64,000 bases of DNA from an uncultured virus (IMG/VR IMGVR_UViG_641228477_000003) (IMGVR_UViG_641228477_000003:1-64000); one strand, 5' to 3'; counted from the stretch's first letter, positions 9,269-19,168 are shown. A program made the numbers and translations. Notes: generated by a model not told the origin, from the letters alone.

Positions 9269-9916
9269 CTAGCGCCCAATTCTCGCTAGTTCCGACTTTA
9301 CGATTTCAACAACCTTTTTACGGTCTTCTTCGTTATTAACATAATCAAGGTTCGCTACGTTAATTTTGATTTTTGGTGATACATCATAGCCTGTATACCA
9401 TGTCGCATACTTGTCATTTAGACGTTCCCAGTACCCACGTTCTACTTGACTTTCCAGCCCTCGGTCACGTTTGCTAATACGCCCGATTGCTGTATCTACG
9501 TCGCACTCTAGGTAAACTAGTAACGTAGGTGGAATCGAATGTTCTAACATCGAATCTAGTAACGTTGAGTATGTGCGGAATTCTTCCCACGTCATACCCT
9601 CGCCACCGTCTTCTAAGTCTTCCGCCATCATTTCAGCGAATAATCTATCACCGAAAATACTACGGTCTAGCATGCCACCTCCATTTGCGTGAATATCTTT
9701 AATTTGGCGGAATCGTGTATTTAAGAAGTGAATCTGTAACGTAAATCCCCAGCGTGTACGCTTCGCATAGAATCGGTCTAGCAGATTGATAGTATCTTGA
9801 CTACCGATTTCCTCATATAACGGCATATCCAATTCCTTTTCTAGAATCTTTGCAAGCGTTGTTTTTCCACAACCTACCACTCCATCTATAACTAACACAG
9901 GCTTCTTCTCCCTCAT
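9269..9916 (-). CDS. Deoxynucleoside kinase (dAK/dGK/dCK family)
   Basis: GVVGCGKTT, LQIHFL, DRSIFGD-x-F, RISKRDRGLE. Confidence 0.92.
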   Translation of the reverse strand: MREKKPVLVIDGVVGCGKTTLAKILEKELDMPLYEEIGSQDTINLLDRFYAKRTRWGFTLQIHFLNTRFRQIKDIHANGGGMLDRSIFGDRLFAEMMAEDLEDGGEGMTWEEFRTYSTLLDSMLEHSIPPTLLVYLECDVDTAIGRISKRDRGLESQVERGYWERLNDKYATWYTGYDVSPKIKINVANLDYVNNEEDRKKVVEIVKSELARIGR

Positions 9917-9919
9917 GAT

Positions 9920-10420
9920 TTATTTATCCCCTTTGTCAATAATATTGTTCTGAATAAGGTGCGTAAGGATAATCGCACACGCATCCGATTCATCGTCTGA
10001 TATGAATATATAGTCGTCGTCCAGTCGCATAATCTTACGTACGGCTTTTTCGACTTCTTTCTTATCAGCTTTACCGTCGCCAGTCATTACAAGTTTAATC
10101 GTAGTAGGCGATATCTCAACGATTGCATAGTCCCGAAGGACTAAGTCGCTCACTCCGACTACTTTGAATAATGCTTGCGTGGTCTTTGCGAAACGACTGA
10201 ATCCTTGCTCACGAATGATAGTGTCGAACGGCTGATATTCGATAAGTATCGACTTCAGTTCCGTAGCGATCTTGTGCAGTCGCTCGCCATGTCGTTGTTT
10301 TGGATTCGTCTTGATGCGCTGTTTGTGAACGATTCGTAGTTCCCCATCTACGATATCGATTATCGCAATACCAGCACTTGCTAGTGACATATCAAGACCT
10401 AGAAAGCGCCTTGACGTCAT
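9920..10420 (-). CDS. ruvC: RuvC-like Holliday junction resolvase
   Basis: LGLDMS, IIREQ, TGDGKADK, DDESDA. Confidence 0.88.
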   Translation of the reverse strand: MTSRRFLGLDMSLASAGIAIIDIVDGELRIVHKQRIKTNPKQRHGERLHKIATELKSILIEYQPFDTIIREQGFSRFAKTTQALFKVVGVSDLVLRDYAIVEISPTTIKLVMTGDGKADKKEVEKAVRKIMRLDDDYIFISDDESDACAIILTHLIQNNIIDKGDK

Positions 10421-11538
10421 AGTCTACTGTCTTCCCATTTAGATTCGATGTATTCCCATGCAGTAACTACACCGTTTTTCTTCCACTGGGGCATGCGACT
10501 TCGCTTGATACGCTCTACTTGTGCGAAGATTTCGTCGTACTCATCGCTGGTTAGCGACTTGACAGTAGCTTCCTTGTAGTTATTGAACGTGAACTTCATG
10601 ATATCGAACTTAGGTGGTTGCTGTTTCTCGACCGCAATCAGTACCTGTTCAAATTTATCAAGGATTTCCATACGTCCTTCGTCGGTTAACTCTACTTCGA
10701 ATGCACGTAAGTCGGGATTGCTTTCGTAATCCTCTTTCACCATATTCCACGACTTTTTCGCCATGTTTCCGTACAGTACAACGGCTTTGCTGATTCCATA
10801 GTCCGCATACAATTCCGAATACAGTACCGTTTGTCGCTCGTGGTCTTCTCCGACTTGTTTCATCGAATAGAAACCTGTTTGCGCTGATGTCGTCTGTTTC
10901 GACTTGATTTCGAGTACTACGAGTTCACCTGTAGAAGTATCTACGAGGATTCCGTCACACTGTCCGAGAATAGAGATCGTTCTTCCGTTATGCTCGATGT
11001 GCTTGATTTCTTGCGCATATTTCTCCCATGCAGGATACCTACGCCCATTGACTTCGACATAATACGGAATGAATGGCGGTTTCTCGCCGAATTCCTTTTC
11101 CCAGTGCTTTTCGATGAACAGTAAATCACGCTGTAGCATGTCGCCATATGCGCTACCCATTCGACGCCAGCGCCCTTGATGCGCCTGTCCTTCTTCTTGG
11201 TCACGAGGTTCTTTCATCATCTTCATGTACAATTCACGAGAATCTGAATTCGCACTAGATGGACTGAAGTACTTCGCTCCCTTCTTGCCCCACGGCAATC
11301 TTTTACGGTTCGTTTTTCGAATCTCCATTTCCCAACGGTGAATATCCGCATCTAACTGGTCATCCCATATTTCCTTATGAGCATGCCATTTGTCGAACAT
11401 TGCGAGAATGCGGTTCGCTAGTTCGGTGTTTCCACGTTCAGGCGTTTCCGTTTCGGTAGCCGTTTCCGTGGTCTTCGTTCTGTTAGTGCCAAGTACGTTT
11501 ACTGGCTTAAACATTAACGTAGTGTCCACTTTCTCCAC
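10417..11538 (-). CDS. PD-(D/E)XK exonuclease (phage recombination nuclease)
   Basis: SPSS...RELY, GQCDG, LEIKS, Q-xxx-Y. Confidence 0.75.
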   Translation of the reverse strand: MEKVDTTLMFKPVNVLGTNRTKTTETATETETPERGNTELANRILAMFDKWHAHKEIWDDQLDADIHRWEMEIRKTNRKRLPWGKKGAKYFSPSSANSDSRELYMKMMKEPRDQEEGQAHQGRWRRMGSAYGDMLQRDLLFIEKHWEKEFGEKPPFIPYYVEVNGRRYPAWEKYAQEIKHIEHNGRTISILGQCDGILVDTSTGELVVLEIKSKQTTSAQTGFYSMKQVGEDHERQTVLYSELYADYGISKAVVLYGNMAKKSWNMVKEDYESNPDLRAFEVELTDEGRMEILDKFEQVLIAVEKQQPPKFDIMKFTFNNYKEATVKSLTSDEYDEIFAQVERIKRSRMPQWKKNGVVTAWEYIESKWEDSRL

Positions 11539-11644
11539 TTCCTTTCGATATGGGCTTGCTTGCCTTACAAGTACATAAGGGCGCTCGATGCATACTTTCG
11601 GTCACTTGTCAATATTAAATTTAGGCACAAAAAAAGAGCGCCTA

Positions 11645-11857
11645 TTAAGCGCCCTCTCTCAGTAGTTCATCGATATCGTACACTTCCTGTTCTCGTGCAG
11701 AAACGATATGCCCTTCGTTTCGTCTACGATTGATGGTCGGATATACTTCAGTGACATCAGTTACGATATCCAGTGCGTAGGTGTTCGCTGTTTTCAAGTC
11801 GAACCCATACACTAGATATACTTTAGTTCTCTTCGTCGAACTCATAGATAACATCAT
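11645..11857 (-). CDS. Hypothetical protein
   Basis: ORF in operon, followed by terminator. Confidence 0.45.
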   Translation of the reverse strand: MMLSMSSTKRTKVYLVYGFDLKTANTYALDIVTDVTEVYPTINRRRNEGHIVSAREQEVYDIDELLREGA

Positions 11858-12101
11858 CGGGCATAGTCGTCATGTCTAGTGAATGTCCAAACGATGTGAT
11901 TTCGACCATTCCTGACGCATGTTTCATATCGTCATTGTACGTCTTATCGATGTATTCGAGTTTCTTATCGAGATTATCGACGTGATTCACGATGAGTTCT
12001 TCTTGCGGAAAATCTTTCATCTTCACGCCGAAGTAGAATACCGTCATGCCTTTGATTGCTGTCATCTTCATGAGTTCCATGAATTGCTCTTTCCTAGTCA
12101 T
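11823..12101 (-). CDS. Hypothetical protein
   Basis: TAATG coupling. Confidence 0.6.
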   Translation of the reverse strand: MTRKEQFMELMKMTAIKGMTVFYFGVKMKDFPQEELIVNHVDNLDKKLEYIDKTYNDDMKHASGMVEITSFGHSLDMTTMPDDVIYEFDEEN

Positions 12102-12916
12102 TACTTCACCACCTTCGTATGTTCAGCGTATTTGATTAACTCGTCGCCTTCATCAGTTCTGATGATTACGATTTGTGTGCCGTCCATTTCGTCAGTAATC
12201 TTACCGTTGATGTACGCATCAAGAACGACGCCTACTTTACCGAAGTCATTACCTGTTTGCGTAATCTTCACTTTCTTTCCGACTAGCTTGAACTCTTTCG
12301 ATGTCTTCACTTTCGCATGTCTCGGTGTGAATTTGTTCGGACGTTCGGGCGAATCGACAATCATGTTTTGAACTACAGATCGTTTAATTCCTCGCTCTTT
12401 TATTTCGGATAGTTGCGATTTCAATACGCCGATAGTTGCTTCGATATCATTCATCGCTCGGTGAGCGCCTTCCAGTTTAACGCCACGTCTTTCAGCTGTT
12501 GGTGCTAGACTCGCAGATTTATCAGGCGTTAGTAATCGTTCGATTGAGCGAGTACATAAGAATAGTTCAGGCGCAATCAATGCTTTGAATAAGTATGCGA
12601 AATCAAATGGCGCATAGTGTGCGACTACAATACTGTTGCCCATGAATGCCATAAGATTGATAAGCGCTTGATGTTCGACCATTCCGTTTACTAGCATATA
12701 GTCACGTAAGTCTGTGTTATCGACTAGGAAGTCGGGTAACTTCTTGCCTTCGTTTAATTTAACGAGAATATGCATGCGACCTAGTTCTTGTTCTAAGTCC
12801 GTTCGGATAGCAGCGATTTCAACTACTTGCTCGTTCTTGTAATCTAGTCCAGTAGTTTCGAGGTCGAATACCGTGAATATTTCCTTTGCTTGTGGTTGTG
12901 CTAGTACGTTGTTCAT
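12101..12916 (-). CDS. DEDDh 3'-5' exonuclease (DnaQ/epsilon-like)
   Basis: VFDLETTG, VAHYAPFD, AHRAMND. Confidence 0.92.
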   Translation of the reverse strand: MNNVLAQPQAKEIFTVFDLETTGLDYKNEQVVEIAAIRTDLEQELGRMHILVKLNEGKKLPDFLVDNTDLRDYMLVNGMVEHQALINLMAFMGNSIVVAHYAPFDFAYLFKALIAPELFLCTRSIERLLTPDKSASLAPTAERRGVKLEGAHRAMNDIEATIGVLKSQLSEIKERGIKRSVVQNMIVDSPERPNKFTPRHAKVKTSKEFKLVGKKVKITQTGNDFGKVGVVLDAYINGKITDEMDGTQIVIIRTDEGDELIKYAEHTKVVK

Positions 12917-13119
12917 ATCGTCGTTCCCTCCGCTAATTTATAGTATTTTTCGATATTGAATGCTACAGCGCCATCTTGCGCCATATCCTTCAGTCCTTGT
13001 TCGCCGACTCCTAAAGAATCGTTATATGATGCGATATCCTGTGCGATACTTAACGGCGTAAGATCGCTGTTATACCAAACGACTACGAATGTTTCTTCGA
13101 GTTTACGCAAATTTCTCAC
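12913..13119 (-). CDS. Hypothetical protein
   Basis: Overlapping operon ORF. Confidence 0.5.
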   Translation of the reverse strand: MRNLRKLEETFVVVWYNSDLTPLSIAQDIASYNDSLGVGEQGLKDMAQDGAVAFNIEKYYKLAEGTTI

Positions 13120-13405
13120 CTAGCCTATGCTGGGTTTCCATTTGCCACTTGCGACAAACCATTCCTAATTGCAATAAATCAGCGAGCGGATATTCACGAC
13201 CAGCACTACGACGACCTTTCGTCCACACGCTTACTGATGTACTATTAAAATCGTATTTTAAACCCAGCGAACTTCCTTCGAGTAGAATGAAGTCAGGTGT
13301 GTAATTCTTAATACTTGTAATTCCTAAACCTAGTTTGCGTACCTCTTTTAATAACGCTTCTCTTGCATCTGTCCATTCTTTAGATGATGTTGATAGTTCA
13401 CGCAT
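13103..13405 (-). CDS. Hypothetical protein (contains YTPDF)
   Basis: AAGGAG RBS before ATG 13405. Confidence 0.55.
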   Translation of the reverse strand: MRELSTSSKEWTDAREALLKEVRKLGLGITSIKNYTPDFILLEGSSLGLKYDFNSTSVSVWTKGRRSAGREYPLADLLQLGMVCRKWQMETQHRLGEKFA

Positions 13406-13471
13406 TTTCGTCCAACTCCTTATATAAAATAAAAACGCCTTACACATACATAAGTGCAAGACGTCGTTTAA

Positions 13472-14551
13472 TTAGGCTACTTTTGGACAAGCATTTTCGA
13501 AATCCCATTCGCTAGGGTCGTATTCCTTACCCCATACAGTTTCGATAACCGTATCGGATTTCAACGGTAATGATAGTTCGACTGACTTCGTCATGATATC
13601 CGTAATCAAGTCGCAGTTTTCAAGCGTCAGGTCTTTGCGTGGAACTTCGACCTTAATCTCATCGTGAATAGATGCGTTAAGATACCATCCACGTTTTTGA
13701 CACTCTCTGTATAGGCGTATCATGTTTAACTTCAGAATATCAGCTCCTGTACCTTGGATTACCGAGTTGAACGAAGCACGTTCCCAGTACCCGACCATGT
13801 TACGCATTTCAGCCATTGGCTTGATTAGTTCTTCGAGTGTATCAAGACGTTCGAAGTCATATCGTGACTTGACGACTTTCTTTCGAATCCTTGCTCGCTC
13901 GATATACAAGTCCATTAGTTTGCGTTCGTTGCGCTTAACGATCTTAGACCACTCGGCTAGTTGTGGGAATCTACGTTTGCGTCCGTACAATGTTTCGCTG
14001 TATCCTTTATCATACGCAAACTTACGTTTATCACGAACCATGTTAATGAATGAGGGGAATGCGGTATCGAATTTCTCGTAGAACATATTTCCCACTTCTA
14101 TCGAAACACCCATCGTATTACAGAAGTTGCCGACCTGTTGGTCGTATGATTTCGCAAGTACTCCTGTTTTCATCATCGCACGTGGCTTAAACGTACCTGT
14201 CGGGTCGTACGCTTTATCGACGCAATACTTCTCGTCAAGATTGAATACCATCATCGCCATCGTCGTATATAAATCACGACCAGCTGTGAAGATTGAGCGA
14301 AGAGAGTTGTCGCCATATATCGTCCACATGATGTGCGCCATGATTCTCGGTTCGATTTGCGAGAGATCGGCCGCTAGATAAAACCAGCCTTCTTGCGGTT
14401 TGAAAGCACCACGCACACGAGCGCCTTCTTTACTTCGTGCAGGTATATTCTGTAGGTTCGAACCTTTCGATATCTTATCGTCATTTGTCACTAGTTTCAT
14501 AACTATGTCGTGGAAATTATCATCACGTACTTCTACTGGAAATTGTGCCAT
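13472..14551 (-). CDS. DNA polymerase family A, C-terminal (palm/fingers) part
   Basis: NLQNIP, motif A DLSQIEPR, motif B RAMMKTGVLAKSY, TLYGRKR, NSVIQGTGAD, motif C IHDE. Confidence 0.95.
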   Translation of the reverse strand: MAQFPVEVRDDNFHDIVMKLVTNDDKISKGSNLQNIPARSKEGARVRGAFKPQEGWFYLAADLSQIEPRIMAHIMWTIYGDNSLRSIFTAGRDLYTTMAMMVFNLDEKYCVDKAYDPTGTFKPRAMMKTGVLAKSYDQQVGNFCNTMGVSIEVGNMFYEKFDTAFPSFINMVRDKRKFAYDKGYSETLYGRKRRFPQLAEWSKIVKRNERKLMDLYIERARIRKKVVKSRYDFERLDTLEELIKPMAEMRNMVGYWERASFNSVIQGTGADILKLNMIRLYRECQKRGWYLNASIHDEIKVEVPRKDLTLENCDLITDIMTKSVELSLPLKSDTVIETVWGKEYDPSEWDFENACPKVA

Positions 14552-14709
14552 TAGTTTCGCCCTCCATTCGCATATATGTAGGTGAACGTTACTTTCTCTT
14601 TTCCGTACATTTCACAATTAATAATCCAATCCCTTACGACCGTTTCGAGATATTCATACGAACCCATTGCGTAGAATTTATCGTTAATATACAACTTGAA
14701 CATTTGCAT
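14551..14709 (-). CDS. 52-aa protein MQMFKLYIND...GGRN (not in ORF track)
   Basis: GAAAGGGTG RBS; its TAA overlaps the ATG of the polymerase C-part. Confidence 0.7.
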   Translation of the reverse strand: MQMFKLYINDKFYAMGSYEYLETVVRDWIINCEMYGKEKVTFTYIYANGGRN

Positions 14710-14765
14710 CACCCTTTCGTATAAAAGAAAAGCACCAGTACCGAAGTACCAGCGCTTTTTATTCG

Positions 14766-16337
14766 TTATTTAGATAGTTTTAATGACACACGACTTTCTT
14801 TCGTTGCGATGATTTCTTGCACATGTGTGCTGTTACCAGCGCCAATCAGTCCTTGACCTTGACGACCGAAGTCGAAGCGGTATGTTCCGTAAGAATTTTT
14901 GCTAACGTTTCTGATTTCAGCAATAGAGCCTTTATCGAATCCGTTTGCGTATGTGTTTGTACCGAATACTACGACATCGCCGTTACGTAATTCACCTACT
15001 TCACGACCTAACTTCGCCCATTCAGCTTTCTCTTTGCGTTGGATTTCGAATTCAGCTTCTTTCTTTTGGAATTCCGCCTTCTCTTCGCTAGTTGCTAATC
15101 GGTATTTACCATCACGTAATGTACCGCCCATGTTATCGCCTTCCGCATTGTTTAAGTGAATATGTCCGTTACAGCGAGAGCGTACTTTGCCGATAGTACC
15201 TTCCTCGTGGCGGTTATACGACGTTACTACTACGACTACATCACCACGTTTTACACGTTTCGCATCTTCTTTGCGTTTAGCTTCGTTGTACTCTTCTTCC
15301 GTAATCTTCTCAACTTCGCCACGCTCATCGATGTAATGGAAGTCTCCGTCATTATCGCCAGCTTTAACAGCCGAGAAGTGGATGCCGTCGAATCGCCCTA
15401 CTTTAACCACATCGCCTACTCGGAATGAATCGTTTTTGATTACTCGTGCGTAGTCGCCTTGCTTAATAACTAACTTCGCATCTTCTTTCGCCTTGTTGAA
15501 ATCAGCGATTTCTTGCGTAGTTGCCATGCGTACATTTCGACGATGTTTGTAACTAGCGTCCTTGCCGTCAGCATGTAGCATTCGGAATCCTTCACTTCCA
15601 CGGTCGAACTTTTGGATTTCTACAATGTCGCCTACTTTCGAATGTTGGTTACCTTCGTTCTTTAAGATGACAACGATGTCGCCTACTTTCGCTACTTTAA
15701 CTTGCATTTGTAACGCTGTCTCTTCGTCAACGATTACCATATCCTCTACACGGATTGAGTTCGTTTGAAGTCGTTCAACACTTTCGCCCTCGAATGACAT
15801 TTCGCTGTATTTGTAAGTCAGTTTGATGATTTCGCCAGTCTTGAATGAGTGAGCGCCATTGTGACGCTCTGTAGCTTTAACATCAGTTACTTTTGCGAAT
15901 TTACCTACACTGAACTTTTCAGTACGTAGTTTAGTTTCGAATGCTTTGATATCCTCATCCGTTGCTACACGTAAGCGTTCTTTGTTTAATCGTATTCGGT
16001 CGCCAGTACGTAAGTTGTGAACACCAAACGTGATAGTACTAACTTCTTTAATTTCTACGATGTCACGTAATGAAATAGATTCGTTACCTGACGCATCCAC
16101 TACGATTGCTTTAACGCCTTCTTTTAATTCGCTGTACTCTACGAAACGTTGCGTAGTATAGAAGTCTAATTCAGGCTGACGTTCACGAGTTCTTCCGTCA
16201 GACTTGTTAGTTCCCATTAACTTGCCATTTTCGATGAAATAGATAACGCCGTAATCACTGTTTTGATTCTCTTCGAACTGTAATTTCTTCGCTTCCATTT
16301 CCTTTAATGCTGATGCACCTACGTATACTTGAGTCAT
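14766..16337 (-). CDS. 523-aa protein of tandem SH3/KOW-like repeats
   Basis: Repeated (V/Q/R/N)GD-x-V-x-(V/I) ... R-x-AT-x-E-(E/D)-I units; own promoter motif and hairpin. Confidence 0.75.
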   Translation of the reverse strand: MTQVYVGASALKEMEAKKLQFEENQNSDYGVIYFIENGKLMGTNKSDGRTRERQPELDFYTTQRFVEYSELKEGVKAIVVDASGNESISLRDIVEIKEVSTITFGVHNLRTGDRIRLNKERLRVATDEDIKAFETKLRTEKFSVGKFAKVTDVKATERHNGAHSFKTGEIIKLTYKYSEMSFEGESVERLQTNSIRVEDMVIVDEETALQMQVKVAKVGDIVVILKNEGNQHSKVGDIVEIQKFDRGSEGFRMLHADGKDASYKHRRNVRMATTQEIADFNKAKEDAKLVIKQGDYARVIKNDSFRVGDVVKVGRFDGIHFSAVKAGDNDGDFHYIDERGEVEKITEEEYNEAKRKEDAKRVKRGDVVVVVTSYNRHEEGTIGKVRSRCNGHIHLNNAEGDNMGGTLRDGKYRLATSEEKAEFQKKEAEFEIQRKEKAEWAKLGREVGELRNGDVVVFGTNTYANGFDKGSIAEIRNVSKNSYGTYRFDFGRQGQGLIGAGNSTHVQEIIATKESRVSLKLSK

Positions 16338-16419
16338 AATTGATTACCTCCGAATGTTTTATTTGTTTGCTTTACACATTCATAAGGGCGACATGTCTCC
16401 GCATTAGGTCAAAAATGAA

Positions 16420-16454
16420 AAAAGAAATAAAAAAAGAGCGCTGAAATAGCGCCC
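16420..16454 (-). terminator. Intrinsic terminator right after the polymerase N-part
   Basis: GGGCGCT-ATTTC-AGCGCTC-TTTTTTT. Confidence 0.8.
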
Positions 16455-18238
16455 TACTTGAATTCGTCCAGTATGTCGATAGGTCTTCCATTATACGCAG
16501 AAGAACTATATCGTCCTGTTGTCGTTCCGCCTGAATCGAACTTACTGTGGAATCGTCCGTCGGCTTCCATTGCTTTCGGAATCTTACTTACGAATGAACC
16601 TAGTAACTTCTGAAACTCGGCAACGACCGCCAGTGGTGCGAGTGCTTCCTCATCTTCATAGTACATTTCGAGTACTTTCGTAGATGTACCACGCTTCTTA
16701 CCTTTATCGATTCTATGCGTACGATCTTTGATTCCGAGATGGTCATAGATTAGATACGCAATATGATTTCGATTACTGAATTCGAATGTTTTAATGAATA
16801 AGTCTACGTCTTCTTCGTTTAGAATGCGGATGAACTCGTCCAGTTCTTGCTTGTATTTCTTAACGTTATCCTTCGCATTCAGATACTTCTTAGTCGTAGT
16901 CTTTCCGTTATCTTTGCATTCTTTTACGATATCTCTCGCTCGTAACATTTGTGTACGTTTCTTCTCGATGCGAGTCTTTTGCTTGGACTTCCAGTCCTGT
17001 ATCTTCTTGCCGTTAAGTGTTAGCGACATCTTGCGAAGGAAGTCATCATCGATGTTGTATGTCGAGAATACGGCGTCGATTGCTTCGTCTACTTTTACTG
17101 TGAACTCTTTCTCTAGTTGTGCGAATTCATCTAAGTCTACGTTGAATCCACTACGTACCATATACGCATCTACTTGCGATAACTTACTGTCAATCAGCGC
17201 ATAACAGTCTAGCAGCTTATCAGTTTTCTTCATTGTTTCGAATTGCCATTCCGTCAACTTCCATCCGTAATACACGTCATATATCGCATAGATTCCGACA
17301 ATCAGCGTATTAAATGGTGCAGGTGATCGCTTTCCGAATAAGTCATCGAATGTATATACTTCGTTTTCGATTCCTAAATAGCGCTGTCCGTATCGTTGAA
17401 TTAACGGCTTCAATCCGTATGAGTTTAAGTGTTCAGTCATGATGTACATTGCATCGAGCGAATCCCAAACGCAACCGTCGATTGTGTATCCGTCATTCTC
17501 CGCAATATGTAAATCGTATCTAGCGCTACCCATATGGAACGACTTGCCGTGGTCTTTGTTCGATAAGTATGGTGTAATCATATCCAGCACTCTACTACGA
17601 GTAAGTTGCGGTGCATCCGACTTGTGTGCGTATTCTTCGGGAATGCTTTCGTCCTCTATTTCTACGTGTCCATATGCGAGATAGTATCCTTCGTCCAAGA
17701 TCGGTAACCATATCGAGAATCCTATCGATAAATCAAGGAACGCATCGATACCAGTTCCCTCGAAGTCATTTGCGGTCAGTGATTTAACGCCAAGCATTTC
17801 GAATCTATCTTTCCATTGCGCTTGCTGTAGCTTCACTTCTTCTCGCAATCTTTGCATGAATGGATGTAGCTGTTCATCTTTCATGATTACGTGGAAATTC
17901 TTCGGCTGGTTCTCGATTACATCACGAATGCGGTCGGATTTTAGGGAAGACTCACGTTTCGCCATGACTTTCGCACCAATACCGAGCGCTTCCCCTTTCG
18001 TCATCTTACCACTACCAGTCCTACCAGCTTCTCCATTCTTGACGGCTTCTCTCGCTACTTTCAATTGCATACTCTCTTTATCGTTCAATTTCATTTGCGA
18101 TATTCTGTCGAATGCTTCTTCGATAGTTTCTGACGCATCTTTAACTTTCTGTTTTACTTCCGCAACACGTTTGCGCTGTTCTTGACCTTTTGTTGCATTA
18201 CTTCTCATAGATAGGTTCATTTCAAGTTTCAGTTCCAT
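16454..18238 (-). CDS. DNA polymerase family A, N-terminal (3'-5' exonuclease + thumb) part
   Basis: ExoI DFEGTG, ExoII ARYD, ExoIII YAIYD, DGRFHS, TTTGRYSSS. Confidence 0.92.
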   Translation of the reverse strand: MELKLEMNLSMRSNATKGQEQRKRVAEVKQKVKDASETIEEAFDRISQMKLNDKESMQLKVAREAVKNGEAGRTGSGKMTKGEALGIGAKVMAKRESSLKSDRIRDVIENQPKNFHVIMKDEQLHPFMQRLREEVKLQQAQWKDRFEMLGVKSLTANDFEGTGIDAFLDLSIGFSIWLPILDEGYYLAYGHVEIEDESIPEEYAHKSDAPQLTRSRVLDMITPYLSNKDHGKSFHMGSARYDLHIAENDGYTIDGCVWDSLDAMYIMTEHLNSYGLKPLIQRYGQRYLGIENEVYTFDDLFGKRSPAPFNTLIVGIYAIYDVYYGWKLTEWQFETMKKTDKLLDCYALIDSKLSQVDAYMVRSGFNVDLDEFAQLEKEFTVKVDEAIDAVFSTYNIDDDFLRKMSLTLNGKKIQDWKSKQKTRIEKKRTQMLRARDIVKECKDNGKTTTKKYLNAKDNVKKYKQELDEFIRILNEEDVDLFIKTFEFSNRNHIAYLIYDHLGIKDRTHRIDKGKKRGTSTKVLEMYYEDEEALAPLAVVAEFQKLLGSFVSKIPKAMEADGRFHSKFDSGGTTTGRYSSSAYNGRPIDILDEFK

Positions 18239-18292
18239 TTCGCTTCCCTCCTTAGATAAAAGAAAAAGAGCAGGGCATTTCGCCCTACCCTC

Positions 18293-18352
18293 TTAGTCGT
18301 CCCAACCGCCTGTATCTACTACGATGATAGGTCTTGGTCGTCTACTTGACAT
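18293..18352 (-). CDS. 19-aa microprotein MSSRRPRPIIVVDTGGWDD
   Basis: Strong AAAAGGAGGG RBS; fills the gap between ssb and a terminator. Confidence 0.55.
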   Translation of the reverse strand: MSSRRPRPIIVVDTGGWDD

Positions 18353-18368
18353 ATGTATCCCTCCTTTT

Positions 18369-19097
18369 CTAGAAGTCTTCGTCAGCAGGTTTTTCCGATT
18401 TCTCCGCTGGACGCTCTAATCCTAATCGCTCGATATCGAAACCGAATGCGATTAAGTCCTCGATTTGTTGCGCTTCGTCGTTGATACTGAATACCTTTCC
18501 GAAGGATTCCATATCGAACTCGTGACCTAACGACTTTTCGAATTGCTCGAATTGCTTTGGTTCTAAGTCATCTTCCGTATCTACTACGATAGTGAACGAG
18601 ATTTTCGTGTCAGTACTAGAGCCTGTTTTCGTGATTTCAAACGCACGTTTATCGATTTTCTTTTCGTACTTCTTCATCACAGCGATAACCTCACGACCTT
18701 GCGTCGCCGTTAAATCAACGATGATAGGCAGTCCAGTATCTAGACTTACGAACCCAATCATGTAACGCTCTTTCGCCTTGATTGCGTAAGCACGGTCTTT
18801 AATTACCTTTACTTCCGCTTCAGTTGCGCCAGCTTCTTCAGCTTCTTTCGCATCCTTATACAATAAGTCGCAAGCCTTGTCGTATAAGTCCTCTTTGCCC
18901 ATTGGTTTCGTGCATGGTGTAGAGTAGAATGACTTGTACACAGAATGACAGTGATATTTAACTACAGCGGTAGGTAACGCACGTACTAGTAACGTTTTAC
19001 CGTTTTGTACCTTCGTTAATAACTTACTGTAATCCACCTTTTCCGTTGTTGCATCCTCTACAGCTTGTGCGCCAGTTGATACGATAAATGATGACAT
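18369..19097 (-). CDS. Single-stranded DNA-binding protein (gp32-like)
   Basis: Position in replisome, H/C ligands, acidic-aromatic tail ADEDF. Confidence 0.65.
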   Translation of the reverse strand: MSSFIVSTGAQAVEDATTEKVDYSKLLTKVQNGKTLLVRALPTAVVKYHCHSVYKSFYSTPCTKPMGKEDLYDKACDLLYKDAKEAEEAGATEAEVKVIKDRAYAIKAKERYMIGFVSLDTGLPIIVDLTATQGREVIAVMKKYEKKIDKRAFEITKTGSSTDTKISFTIVVDTEDDLEPKQFEQFEKSLGHEFDMESFGKVFSINDEAQQIEDLIAFGFDIERLGLERPAEKSEKPADEDF

Positions 19098-19168
19098 TAA
19101 ACATTTCCCCTTTATGATGTATTAGGAATTAACTTGTGTTAACCCACATACGACCATCTCCTTTCGTT

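Noticed and set aside
10417..11538. Cas4
   Set aside because: PD-(D/E)XK fold without the four-Cys cluster; replication context
14552..16453. Intron or split intein interrupting the polymerase
   Set aside because: No intein terminal motifs or recognisable group I/II core; the interval has a terminator, a promoter and ordinary genes
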